Origin: Naegleria gruberi
Taxonomy: Eukaryota
NCBI GenBank assembly: GCA_000004985.1
Contig: GG738848.1
Strand: one strand, 5' to 3'
Length of the DNA: 64,000 nt
The notes beneath the pieces were generated by a model that saw nothing but the letters and a program-made list of their open reading frames with translations, was not told where the DNA came from and did not search any database. Shown here piece by piece: positions 43,152 through 53,578 of this stretch (position 1 is the stretch's first letter; each line of letters opens with the position of its first letter). Position numbers and translations under genes: made by a program.

Positions 43152-44411
43152 ATGAAAAGACACACCACAGAGGAAGCATCATCTCCATCAAAATCCAGCA
43201 AAACTGTGCCAACAGCTGCACCTTTTTCATCGGAGAGTTTGGCACAAATTTTGTGTTTTCTACATGTTGAAGATGTTGTGAGTGCTTCGATGGTTTCTAA
43301 TCAGTGGAATGCAACTTGTATTGATTATCAGGAAACTATCTGGAAGGCTGTCTGTTACAATTCATTGAATGATCTGGAAAAGTATCCATTCATGAAGAAT
43401 GTTAAAGGAGGAACATTTGATATTCAAGCTTATGAGGGAATTTATTCTTCATGGAAGGAAACTTTTGTTAAAATGTAGGTTTAAAGTTTAGCTTTCACAT
43501 AATTACTATTATCATGGTGAAGGTTTTATGGACAACTCAAGGAATTTACATCCCAATATCAAATGTATGTGAATGAAGTGTTTGCTGATGTAGAGGATAA
43601 GGAGAATATATTAGAGACCATGAAGAAGAGATCCACTCTTGCAATTCCCTACACTTTTAAAGGTCAACAACAAGAGCAAAATGAAGTATTTGGAGACGAG
43701 GGGACTGAAGAAAAGAAAGATGATGAGGAAAAAGATGAAGATGAAGAAGGAGATTGCAAAGACAATACCCCTATTGGATCAAGTAAGATTGGTGGACTTC
43801 CTGACCTACCAAAAGGAATGAAATGGCCAAATGTAATCGATGACGAAGAACAATTGCTCAAGTTTGTGTGTCAAATCGATTTGAGAGATCTCAAAAACTA
43901 TCACTCAGTTAAGGGAATATTACCAAGATGTGGCTGGTTGTTTTGCTTTATTGATTGGGAGAATTTGGAAAGTGATGACTACAAAGAACCATATTCTTTC
44001 TATTGGAATGGACCTATTGATATGCTTGAAAGGGTGAAACCAGAAGATGGATTGGAATATGAAGAGAGTAAGGTAGCTCAAATACAGTTCAAAAAGGAAG
44101 TAGTTCAACCACTCTCACCAGAAAATGCTCTTCGTATGGATGTTAACGAAAAATACTCAAGCAGTAAAGCTGATTTGGGAACATCAGTAATGGGATATCC
44201 TGAAGCAGTTCAATCAGAAGATGAAATGATTTGTGATGATCGTTATTTCATTCTCCAATATCAAAATATGTCACTGAACAACAATCTGGTTGATACTGCT
44301 GACTCTGTATTTTATTGGATGCTCCCTTTAGAAAGTCATGAAAAAATCAGAAATATCAAAGATGATAAGAAACAAATCAGAGTTCCACTATTCACAACCT
44401 TCCAATGTTGA
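43152..44411 (+). CDS. F-box-like protein fused to a DUF1963 (YwqG-like) domain, 2 exons
   Basis: Exon 1 is 43152..43474 (ATG after an A7 run; LAQILCFLHVEDVVSASMVSNQWNATCID is F-box-like). The 48-nt intron runs from GTAGGT at 43475 to GTGAAG ending at 43522. Exon 2 is 43523..44411. The C-terminal half matches DUF1963 (GGLPDLPKGMKWPNV...LLKFVCQIDLRDL...LPRCGWLFCFIDWENLE). Confidence 0.7.
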
Positions 44412-44449
44412 GTATTAAATGTCAAAAATAGTTTTGTAACATATCAAAG

Positions 44450-45650
44450 TTTACAACATTGGTTGTAAACCCTGAAAACACCCAAAATTTATTAAAAAAT
44501 TTACGCAGCTTTAAATTATACACTTTAACTCTATAGGTATTGGTGGCGAGTTGAATTGATAGAGCTCTGTAAGCTTTTTTGGCTCATTAAGGTTGTGATT
44601 CTAAACTAAATTTATTAAAAAAATGCAACACGTCGCTATCAAGAACATAAAGAGAAACTCCTGTTAGATTCACCTGGTCAAAAAACACTTGTTGAAAGCC
44701 AACCTACGATTTAATCATCATGTTATGGAAGAAACAGAAAAGGTGATGAAGCAAATGAGTACAAAAATACTAGAGGTTTAAACTCACATACTCTAATTGG
44801 ACCAAGAGGTATTGGTAGCACCATTGATATTCCCAAAAATCATTCCCATTTATATCTCATACTTAGAAATTGAAAATGAGCTGTTTCTCCAAAACCACAC
44901 TGTTTTGGAGATTGGGGAGATGGTGCTAAATGAACAGGGTATTACAATTGAAACAGAGGGAGGAAGATCTAACAACATTACGAGAGCTCTACAAAGGGAA
45001 GATAAGTTTGTACTTGTATTGTAGATGAAATAGATCAATGTTATTGTATCAAGTTACTCCACACGGTTATAGCGAAACTCTTATCAAGATCATTAGGAGA
45101 ACTGGCTTCCATTGGTGATAACAGTAGTGGAAGATTTTCGGCTGCTATATGTAGTTCTTCTTCACGAATTTCATTACTTGTTAATGCTAATGGTAAAAAA
45201 GATGCTGTTACAGTTAAAGAGTTTCCTCATATTGCTTGTTCCCCTAATTTGAATGGAAATAAGTTTAGAGTACGTTTTTTACATCTCTCCATGTTGAATC
45301 AAACCCTCAGGCCTTGGGTACAATACAAGAGGGCATTGAAGTAGACGATTTGGATCATTGGATTTTCCATCTATTTGATAGAGACTTCATAACAGTTTGT
45401 AAGATCAACAATGGAAGACCAGACGAAATTTACCCCTACTCGCTCCACATGTTGTTAAGATGAAATGACAGAGAGTGTTAAAAAAGAGGATGCAAGAAGA
45501 ATGTCGGTATGGTTTCATGAAATGTGGGATGGTAACTCTACTTCTAAGAACCTTGCACTAATTGCATTTGCAGTATGCCAAAGCACTTTGAGAGGTTTCT
45601 AATTATTTTGATCAAAGGTTTTTGAATAAAAGTTGACCTTTTGTCTTGGC
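44450..45650 (+). pseudogene. candidate frameshifted gene remnant (or unresolved multi-exon gene); ORF-poor 1.3 kb with coding-like open frames lacking starts
   Basis: There is no ATG-initiated ORF of 60 aa or more. Several long stop-free frames on the + strand overlap in different phases. One runs ~110 codons from ~45035 (VCTCIVDEIDQCYCIKLLHTVIAKLLSRSLGELASIGDNSSGRFSAAICSSSSRISLLVNANGKKDAVTVKEFPHIACSPNLNGNKFRVRFLHLSMLNQTLRPWVQYKRALK*). The -1 frame continues (…LHVESNPQALGTIQEGIEVDDLDHWIFHLFDRDFITVCKINNGRPDEIYPYSLHMLLR*). A further frame reads DEMTESVKKEDARRMSVWFHEMWDGNSTSKNLALIAFAVCQSTLRGF* (~45463-45603). GC is higher than in the surrounding intergenic DNA. Confidence 0.35.
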
Positions 45651-45788
45651 ACATCACAAATAATTGCCTCACGAACAAGATACTAATTATACTTTAATAT
45701 TGACCTTGCATGCCTGCTAGGACGGTCTTCAAAACACCTTCCAATGTTAACAATTCTATCAATTTACATAATTTATTGTAATTGTTCA

Positions 45789-46930
45789 CTATTGGGTATT
45801 CTTATAAATTTTCTTCACTAGAGTGGCATGATGTTCAAGCTCCTCCTTTTGTTGCTCAATTATCTTAACCAGCTCCTTCTTTGAAGTTATTGATTCCATT
45901 ATTGTTTCAAAGTTACTCGATATTTTTTCAATTAGGGACCTTGTTGAGTTGTGAGATTGACTTGTTAAATGAGCTCTTTGTAAGGCTCCATTTAATTCAT
46001 CTATCGTTTAGAGTTGGAATCACAATCAAAAATTTAGTGTCAAACTTACCAATCATTTCTCTCATTTCCAGAATTTGTCGTTCTCTTTCTAAATATTTTC
46101 TTTTGAGATTGTTTACATATTGTTGATGTCTCGAAACGAGTCCAGAGTATTCCCTAGCAACTTGAATAGCTCTCTTCTCTCTTAGTCTTGAATTTTGATA
46201 CTCCTTTTGAAGTTTTATCACCATGTATCGCAGTCTTTGTTTTTCAACATCATTGGAACCATCATTCCCTAAAATTACAGCCGTGTTATTCGGAGATCCA
46301 TTGCTGGACGTGGAAACAGACATTATTTTCTTAATGTTTCGCTGAGAGTTTTGTTGAGGAAGTGACTTTGGTGAGAGATGATTTTTTACCTTCTCTCTAA
46401 TTGCACTCAGCTTGGCATCAATTTCATCCGTTTGTTTTTGAAATTCTCTTCTTGTTGTTGTTAAATTCCCCCTTTTCTCAGGTGTTGTTTCTAACACAGA
46501 CGATTCGGACTCTCTTTCATCTCTATCATCTATGGATCTTATTATTAATTCACTTAGTTGTTTTTTAATTTCATTAAGCTCATCCGAAGAATCTCTCGAT
46601 TTGTTATCCAACGATACATTATGTAATTGTTTTAATATCATTTCCTCATCAAGATTGGAAACAAGTTTTTTCCCTACATGAATTGGTAAATTCCTTAAAA
46701 TTATAAATATTAAACTTACAGAATTCTAGCTCTCTTTCATCCCCATCAGAATTATTTTCAGTGTGTTTATCTGTATTATCAGTAATTTCCTTTGACTCTA
46801 TTCGTTCATCCTTGTACAACAAATGGGATCGATTAGGTTTTTTAAGGCTTAATTTTTTCATCTTTTTTTTAATATTTTTTTTATAACAGAAAATTAGTGG
46901 AGGGAGTTTATTGTTCGTTAAATTGCCCAT
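45789..46930 (-). CDS. hypothetical coiled-coil protein, 3 exons
   Basis: ATG at 46928-46930. Exons: 46930..46720, 46673..46050, 46000..45789. The introns are 46 nt (GTAAGT...TCATGTAG) and 43 nt (GTAAGT...AAACGATAG). Both keep frame across the two track ORFs (46649..46930 and 45997..46641) and add a 70-codon C-terminal exon ending ...HATLVKKIYKNTQ*. K/E/R-rich heptad-like segments (LRYMVIKLQKEYQNSRLREKRAIQVAREY). Exon 3 rests on splice logic only. Confidence 0.55.
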
Positions 46931-47106
46931 TCAAATAAATGTCGTCTAGCCAATTGTTAAATCATCATTATACATGAGATGGATGGCAGGAATGTAATAG
47001 TCATCTCTAATCCCCAACTCTTCAAACTCTCCATCTTCATCCTCAATTCCATTCTCAGATAAGGTTTTTTCTACAATTCATTTTACGATAGGACCAATTA
47101 GTGATA

Positions 47107-47787
47107 TTAAATTGTGAACTTACCCATATCTAAAACTTCTCCTAGTCGTTTCCATGTGTAACTTGCTGCATGAGCATTGAAAACCAAGTATCTATCCAAA
47201 ATCTCCCTTAATGTCTCCTCAGAACAGACTTCCAATTGATGATCATCTTGTGTTAGTGTATTGATAATTCTTATAAATCGGGTTTTCCTTGATAAATACC
47301 CAATCATGTACTTTGAGTCTTGCCACCAAGGCACTACAGGAATCACTTCTTGAGTTTTTGATTTTGCTTCATAAGGTGGTGCAGGTACATGTAAAAATCT
47401 CTTCATTGGTGTATAGAAGGCTCTTTCGTTAATGATTGGATCTATCCATGTTTTTACATCTTGTGTTGTTGCATCAAACCAATGGGAAATATCCCTTCCA
47501 GCATTAGCAACAATTGGTTCAATTAATACAGAAGCTAAAATCCAATTTGATCATTATTCCGATTTGTAGTATAGTGATTACATACTTTTGTTTAGAGCAA
47601 TGAGTGGAGTAAGGTTGTACACCTTATTTAAAAACGACACCCAACAATCACTAGCACAATTATGTTCACTCACTTCATAGGGTGTATAAAATCTCCTCTT
47701 CTTTGCATTCAAAGTCAAGTTATGATATTCCAATGGTGGAAGAGCACTGGCAGTTGATGATGCTCCCTCCGATGATGAACCACTCAT
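47107..47787 (-). CDS. cytochrome b5-like heme-binding domain protein (CYB5D1-like), 2 exons
   Basis: ATG at 47785-47787. Exon 1 is 47787..47586 (…YTPYEVSEHNCASDCWVSFLNKVYNLTPLIALNK, the cyt-b5 HN..DCW...VYD.T pattern). The 51-nt intron runs GTATGT...GATTTTAG. Exon 2 is 47534..47107 (…ANAGRDISHWFDATT...). The track ORFs 47578..47787 and 47107..47406 are the unspliced parts. Confidence 0.65.
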
Positions 47788-48643
47788 TCTTTTTTGCTTG
47801 AAATAACGTAATTGAATGGCGCCAAATTACATCCACCTACCGTAAATAACATCATCGGGATTTATTGCTACAATCTATTTCTCTAATTTTGTGTTGATTT
47901 GTACTGCCATTACGTTGTGATGGGTCGGTTTTCTCTCATTCCTACTATTGATAGGAGTTAGTGCTGTCCAATGATTAGTCAACAGTTTCTGCTTCTAATT
48001 ATTTAACAAGGTGAATTAAAGTAGATAATTGTTGAGGTAATTTTCTAATGCATGAAACAAAGTGAGTGGCACAATACTTTCAAAGGACTTTTTGTGGCAG
48101 TTTAGAATGACATTAACAAATCAATATTAGAAAACTTTTCCCAATTTTCTCAAGTCGCCAATTTATTGACCCTTTAAAGCCACAACGATTCGTTCTGTCT
48201 CGTCGTTAGCCTTGTGAATTTCCATTCTCCAATTTCCAACACTTCAATAGTTTACTAATAACAAGACGACTCGAAACTGCATCAAAACAACAAACCACTT
48301 TATATAATTGGTTGTGGTGGATTGTCAATTTGATTGTAATTTGAAATTAATTGCCATGCAACAATAGAAATGACCAAATCATAAGATGAACACTATGAAG
48401 TAACGAATTTCATAACCGAATCCTCTTTCTGTGCAGTAAGTGAACAAGGAAAAGCGCAAGTCGTTTGTCAAAATCGAACGAGAGCATCCTCAACACGCTC
48501 ATGTCAGAGAGTTTTAGGCTCTCAGAGGGCAAAGAGAATTGACACGATAGACGGATGACATTGTTTTTTCCAACAGCAAAAAAAATCCATCATCACCCTC
48601 TTCTTTTTATTCAAAAATCTTTCCCACCATACTTTCATTAGAA

Positions 48644-49837
48644 AATACACAAAATGTCTAATAACAAAACTTGTAAAGTTGTCGCTGTTGGTAAGTATTT
48701 ACTATTGAATTCAAAGTTTATTAATTTGAATTTACAGGTGACGGTGCTGTCGGTACGTAGGAGAAGAAATTTCGTTGTTGATTATTAATTGATGGTTTTA
48801 AATTGACATTTGACAATAACAGGAAAGACTTGTTTGTTGATGGTCTATGTTAATAATGAATTTCCGGAGGATTACATTCCTGTAAGTAAAATAGCCTAAA
48901 CTTGTTGTTATAACCTTTCATCATCATCATAGACTGTCTTTGATAAGTATGTATTTGTGCGCTCTATTTGATGAATTAAATTCATCCAAATCACATCATT
49001 CTAATAACAACAATAACAAAATAATATATAGCTATGATACCAATGTAAAATACCAAGATAGTGTTGTTCGTTTGAGTTTATGGGATACAGCTGGTCAAGT
49101 AAGTAATAATTCGTTCATGAAAAAATTAATGCTAAATTGATGAAAATTTCAATTATTTGATTTTGTTTTTCTAACATTGTTCCATGATGAATACGTATTC
49201 ACTCTCTTCCTAAACGTTAAATAGGAAGGTAAATATTATTATTTATTTAAATTTATATTCATGGTGATGATTTATTATAATAGAGTAAGTATTATTCTTG
49301 TTCAATAATTATTGAAGGTTTACTTTCTTCTTGCTTGTTTATTTTGAAAATTTCTCTATTATTCAAAAATAGATATGATCGTCTGAGATATCTTTCATAT
49401 CCAAATACCAACGTTTTTATTGTTTGTTTCTCCGTAAATAGTAGATCATCATATGATAACGTTAAAGAAAAGGTAAGTTTCGAATATTTTACTGAGCAGT
49501 AAAGCTCACATACGTTTAGTGGCTTAAGGAATTGAATGAATACAGCAAGGGAACACCAATCATTCTCGTTGCCACCAAGATCGATATCAGAGATGACAAG
49601 GCAATGATTGAACAATTAGCTAAAGATGGTGAAAAAGTTCTCACAGCAGAAGAAGGTGAAAAACTTGCAAAGGAAATCGGAGCAGCCCACTACATTGAAA
49701 CATCAGCTCGTACACGAAAGGGTGTTGATGAAATTTTCCAAAAAGCTTTGGATGTTCGTTTTGCTAAAGGAGGAAAAGCTGCAACTCCAAGCAATGAATC
49801 TAAAGGAAATGGTGATGGATGTTGTATTTTAATGTAA
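48644..49837 (+). CDS. Rho-family small GTPase (Rac-like), at least 7 exons including a 14-nt micro-exon; one junction unresolved
   Basis: Exons supported by homology and GT-AG: 48644..48680 ([13 protein letters not shown]), 48738..48752 (DGAV), 48823..48881 ([20 protein letters not shown]), 48933..48946 (TVFDN, micro-exon), 49032..49098 ([22 protein letters not shown]), 49373..49472 ((E)[33 protein letters not shown]), 49520..49837 ([26 protein letters not shown]...GCCILM*, a CAAX end). Between 49099 and 49372 a 2-mod-3 mini-exon, giving E(E/D) before YDR, is required but I could not place it with canonical sites. Confidence 0.75.
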
Positions 49838-50139
49838 AGTACAATAATTGACAACTCAAAGAATTTATATTTATATTGAAATCAAATGGAAAAGAAAACA
49901 TTTTCTTTACATATCTCTCTTCACACAAATTTTTCAAAACTTTCACATAATCACTACTCACACTCCTTCAACACTACCAATGTCCAAAAAAACACACAAC
50001 TAGATTTTGTACGATATTATTAAACAGTAAAATTCTTTATTTGTTAATTGACTAGATCTTGGTGCTGAACACATTATCATTAACTCAAACCATGTTGTGA
50101 AATTTGATCTAGTCCTTCACACAGTAAAGATAACAACGC

Positions 50140-50170
50140 TGTCTTTTTTGGTCAATCAATTTGTTGGCAA
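50140..50170 (+). repeat. 31-nt exact duplicate (copy A) of the 5' leader of the CN-hydrolase-like gene
   Basis: tgtcttttttggtcaatcaatttgttggcaa at 50140-50170 is identical to 54579-54609. Both copies continue with ...acaccaagaa. Copy A lies in the intergenic region 565 nt upstream of the LRR gene that starts at 50735. Confidence 0.85.
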
Positions 50171-50734
50171 TTTTAACACCAAGAATCAGTAGAGGTTCTG
50201 ACTATTAATTCATTAGGTATTTATTTTCAAAAGAAACGAATCACTGATCCATGATACACTCAAGATGAAGTTCCTTTCAGAAATACAACAGTTTCCTATC
50301 CTTTGGAAGATGGCAGAATTATAAGATTTAACGTAAATTCGTATATTTCATAATATATAACTGGTGATCAACTCTTTCAAGTTTTATCTTCGGAAATTCG
50401 TACAACTTCATCTTTCTAAACCAGTTTCTCCATTCAAGAGATGTTTGAAATTGGTTAGATTTGTTTTAACTCTATTCAGGAGTTTATGCCAAACAATTAA
50501 TTGATTCCATAAGAAAGTAATAAATTCAATTAAAATTAAAAGTTTTAAATTGAAAAAAATGCTTTCACAAAATTGTCAATTACGGCAACAACCCATCAAG
50601 TCGCCATCAGCAAGAATATTTCATTCGATTGGATTGCAATCTGTTGAATGGAACTAAAGCAAAATGGACCACATATTAGGAATTAGTATTTCTGGTGATT
50701 AAAGTTCCACAACAAAAATTAACAAATTAAAAAA

Positions 50735-52036
50735 ATGGAAAGAGATGATGCATTTCATGATGATGTTATTTATGAAATTTTATCATTTCATGATGATTTT
50801 AAATTTCTTGTCATGAATTGTTCGTTGGTTTCTAAACAATGGTACCATGTTGTGTTAACAATGTGCAAGCAAATGACATTGAAATGCCATTCCGATGTAA
50901 ATGGTCACTTTATACAAAATATTGCAAATCTTGTGATTGAAAAACAATCCAATGTTTACAAGAATTTATTATTGATGAAATCATTGACAAAACTGTGTAT
51001 TTCATATGGCAATAAGAATAAGAAATTCAAAGTTGATGATGAAACACTTCAATACATTGGTGAATTGAAACAATTAACAAGTCTTCATATTCATGGAATT
51101 GGTATTGATAATGTTTGGGACATAGCTGATTTGAAACAATTAACAGAACTTGACATCTCTGATAATAAGATTAATTCTGAAGGAGCTAGAGTTATCAGCG
51201 AATCATTTAAACATTTAACAAAGCTTGATATATCCAACAATACTATTGATGTAGGAACCAAATATATAAGCCAATTGAAACAATTGACCTATCTGGATGT
51301 TTCTAATAATGAAATTGAAGAAGAGGATGTTAAATATATTGGAAATATGAACGGATTAACAAGTCTATCTATTCAGTACAATCATATTGGTAATATTGGT
51401 GCTCAATACATTAGTGGACTGAAACAGATAACTACTCTCTCTATTTATAGCGGTGATATTGGTGATGAAGGAGCTAAATATATCAGTGAAATGAAACAAT
51501 TAACAAATCTGAATATTGGTTTCAATAATATCAATATAAGAGGAGCTATACACATTTCTAAATTGAAACAATTGACAGAACTTTCTATTTCTGCGAATAA
51601 CTTTGGTTCTGGAGGACTTAAATACATTACTCAATTAAAACAATTAACAAAACTTTATTGCTGTGACAGTGAAATTGATAGTGAGGGAGTTAAATATATA
51701 AGTGAAATGAAACAATTAACAGATGTTGACCTTAGTTATAATAACATTAACAGTGAAGGAGTTAAATATCTTAACAAATTGAAAAAATTAACTAAACTTT
51801 ATATAGGAGGCAATGATTTAGGTAATAAAGGAGCTATGTACATAAGCAGACTGAACCAATTAACACATCTAGATATTTGTAGAAATAATGTTAGTGATGA
51901 AGGATTCAAGTCAATTAGTAAAATGAAACAATTGAGCAGTCTGTTTATTTCTGAAAATACTATTTCTGGTGAAGGAGTTGAATACATACGTAAAATGACA
52001 CAAGCAGCAAGTATTTGTGTGGACTTTGGAGATTAG
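50735..52036 (+). CDS. F-box-like / leucine-rich-repeat (RNI-type) protein
   Basis: ATG at 50735 after an A7 run. The N-terminus is F-box-like (DDVIYEILSFHDDFKFLVMNCSLVSKQWYHVV). About 13 consecutive RNI-type LRRs of 24-25 aa follow (LKQLT.L.IS.N.I..EGAKYIS). 433 aa. Confidence 0.75.
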   Translation: MERDDAFHDDVIYEILSFHDDFKFLVMNCSLVSKQWYHVVLTMCKQMTLKCHSDVNGHFIQNIANLVIEKQSNVYKNLLLMKSLTKLCISYGNKNKKFKVDDETLQYIGELKQLTSLHIHGIGIDNVWDIADLKQLTELDISDNKINSEGARVISESFKHLTKLDISNNTIDVGTKYISQLKQLTYLDVSNNEIEEEDVKYIGNMNGLTSLSIQYNHIGNIGAQYISGLKQITTLSIYSGDIGDEGAKYISEMKQLTNLNIGFNNINIRGAIHISKLKQLTELSISANNFGSGGLKYITQLKQLTKLYCCDSEIDSEGVKYISEMKQLTDVDLSYNNINSEGVKYLNKLKKLTKLYIGGNDLGNKGAMYISRLNQLTHLDICRNNVSDEGFKSISKMKQLSSLFISENTISGEGVEYIRKMTQAASICVDFGD

Positions 52037-52239
52037 TTTAGATTAGTTTTAACTTTAACGTATAAACTTGTGGATTCAATCTTGACCAATTTAAATCATA
52101 ATTGTTTTTATCAATATTCTTTGAATCAATTTCTTATTAATTAGAGATGGAGTAGACACACATTTTTTCTAATTTAAATTATGAATAAGCATTTAAGGTA
52201 TTTGATAACAATTAAGGTTACGCAAATGCTTTGAATGAA

Positions 52240-52312
52240 GCTGGCGTAGCTCAGTCGGTAGAGCGTTGGTCTAATAAGCCATTGGTCGCCGGTTCGATCC
52301 CGTCCGTCAGCA
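52240..52312 (+). tRNA. tRNA-Ile, anticodon AAT (read as IAU)
   Basis: The 73-nt cloverleaf folds by hand. The acceptor stem GCTGGCG/CGTCAGC has 7 bp with one G-U. The D-arm is GCTC-AGTCGGTA-GAGC (A-box TAGCTCAGTCGG). The anticodon stem is TTGGT/GCCAT with loop CTAATAA (anticodon AAT). The T-arm is GCCGG-TTCGATC-CCGTC (B-box GGTTCGATCC). The discriminator is A and no CCA is encoded, as expected in eukaryotes. It is close to human tRNA-Ile-AAT. There is one mismatch in each of the anticodon and T stems. Confidence 0.8.
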
Positions 52313-52317
52313 ATACG

Positions 52318-52321
52318 TTTT
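52318..52321 (+). terminator. RNA polymerase III terminator T-run downstream of tRNA-Ile
   Basis: TTTT lies 6 nt after the tRNA 3' end (…CAGCAatacgTTTTgc). Confidence 0.5.
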
Positions 52322-52558
52322 GCTTATTGGTTTTGAAGTTAAATTCTCACAGCAATTTTTCTTAATAATGGACACAAGATAACCTACATACTCTATCTCC
52401 AGCTTGTTTGTTATCAGCAAGTTGAATTTTTGACATATGATCTTTTTCAGGCTATTCTGACCTTTAAAATTTTGAGGAGGTGGGGTTTATAAACAACAAT
52501 AATGATGAGTAACCTCACGGTGTTTGAAGAACATTCATTGAAAGTTTGAATTTGAAAT

Positions 52559-53023
52559 TTATTTTATCAACAACAACCGTTTAGTACTGCACTCGAGTCG
52601 TTGTGTTGCTAATGATATCCTTATAGATTTTTTCATTGGGTTCGTTTGAGTTGAAGAACGCAAAAACATCTTTCCCAAGAAAATTTTGTAAACCCAATCC
52701 ACTTCAATACCACCATTTGAGATTTTTAACCAAGACTGTTTGCATGGTAGATACTCATATGTAAGATTGTTTTCATCATCTAAATAACAGGTTTCAGCAA
52801 TAAGCAGAGCTCCGTCCTCTCCGTTCTGTCCAATGACTTCTAGAATGTCTTCTGAATATCTGAATACTACTATCACCAATGTAACACTCACAGCATCGCT
52901 TTGCAAACTTGGTTTTGAAGTGACCGGAAGTTTGGGAAGTAGTTTCACAGCTTCGTTAATTTCAGTTTGTATATGTTTCAAGTTGAATGAATCCTCTTGT
53001 TTTAGCTTAATTTCTAATAGCAT
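52559..53023 (-). CDS. hypothetical protein (about 154 aa); may be one exon of a larger spliced gene
   Basis: The first ATG in the track ORF 52559..53062 is at 53021-53023 (MLLEIKLKQEDSFNLKHIQTEINEAVKLLP...EDGALLIAETCYLDDENNLTYEYLPCKQSWLKISNGGIEVDW...). The track start is a GTG artefact. There is no recognisable family. Coding-like open frames without starts continue on the same strand up to ~53350. Confidence 0.3.
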   Translation of the reverse strand: MLLEIKLKQEDSFNLKHIQTEINEAVKLLPKLPVTSKPSLQSDAVSVTLVIVVFRYSEDILEVIGQNGEDGALLIAETCYLDDENNLTYEYLPCKQSWLKISNGGIEVDWVYKIFLGKMFLRSSTQTNPMKKSIRISLATQRLECSTKRLLLIK

Positions 53024-53578
53024 TAGTTTATGGGGTTTATTAAAGGTAAACAGAGAAACCACTATTTAATGGTATTGGAACACCGAAACAAAAATTGGTT
53101 ATATTTGACTGCTTCAAAATGAATGGAAGGGAATCATATTTATGGCTAATTATTGTAGATTGTGGTAGCAAACTAGGAATTATATCTGTTTGAACTTCCT
53201 GGGTTGTTAATAAGTGTGTTTGAATATTCGATTACAAATTTTTCCAAAGGTACTTTCTTCTCCTGAGATCAATGAGCTTATCTGATCTACCAAAACATCC
53301 ATTGCTGCTAACTCCAAAAATTTAGACTTATCGAATATGGGAGCTAGTGTATAAGTTAATGATTTGATTTCTCACACCAATATGGAGTGTATTGTTTCAG
53401 TGATGATATTATACTGTGTTGAAGGATTTTTGGAATATTCAAGTAAATCAATTCATCTTTCACGTAAAAATGAATGAGAAAAACAGGCAAGAGCTCTATT
53501 AGAAATCTTAATCTTCCAATGTATTGGACTATTGCTGAAGATGGTATTGGAATGCCAAGACAAAATAAGGTGAATAAC

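Noticed and set aside
46946-47160. An alternative 3' exon for the cytochrome-b5 gene. The donor GTAAGT after ...DMG at ~47118 and the acceptor at ~47060 give a 40-codon in-frame extension ending at TAG 46946.
   Set aside because: It would end 16 nt from the ATG of the next co-directional gene (46930). That leaves no room for a 3' UTR, polyA signal and promoter. The simple stop at 47107 is more plausible, so I treat the splice as coincidental.
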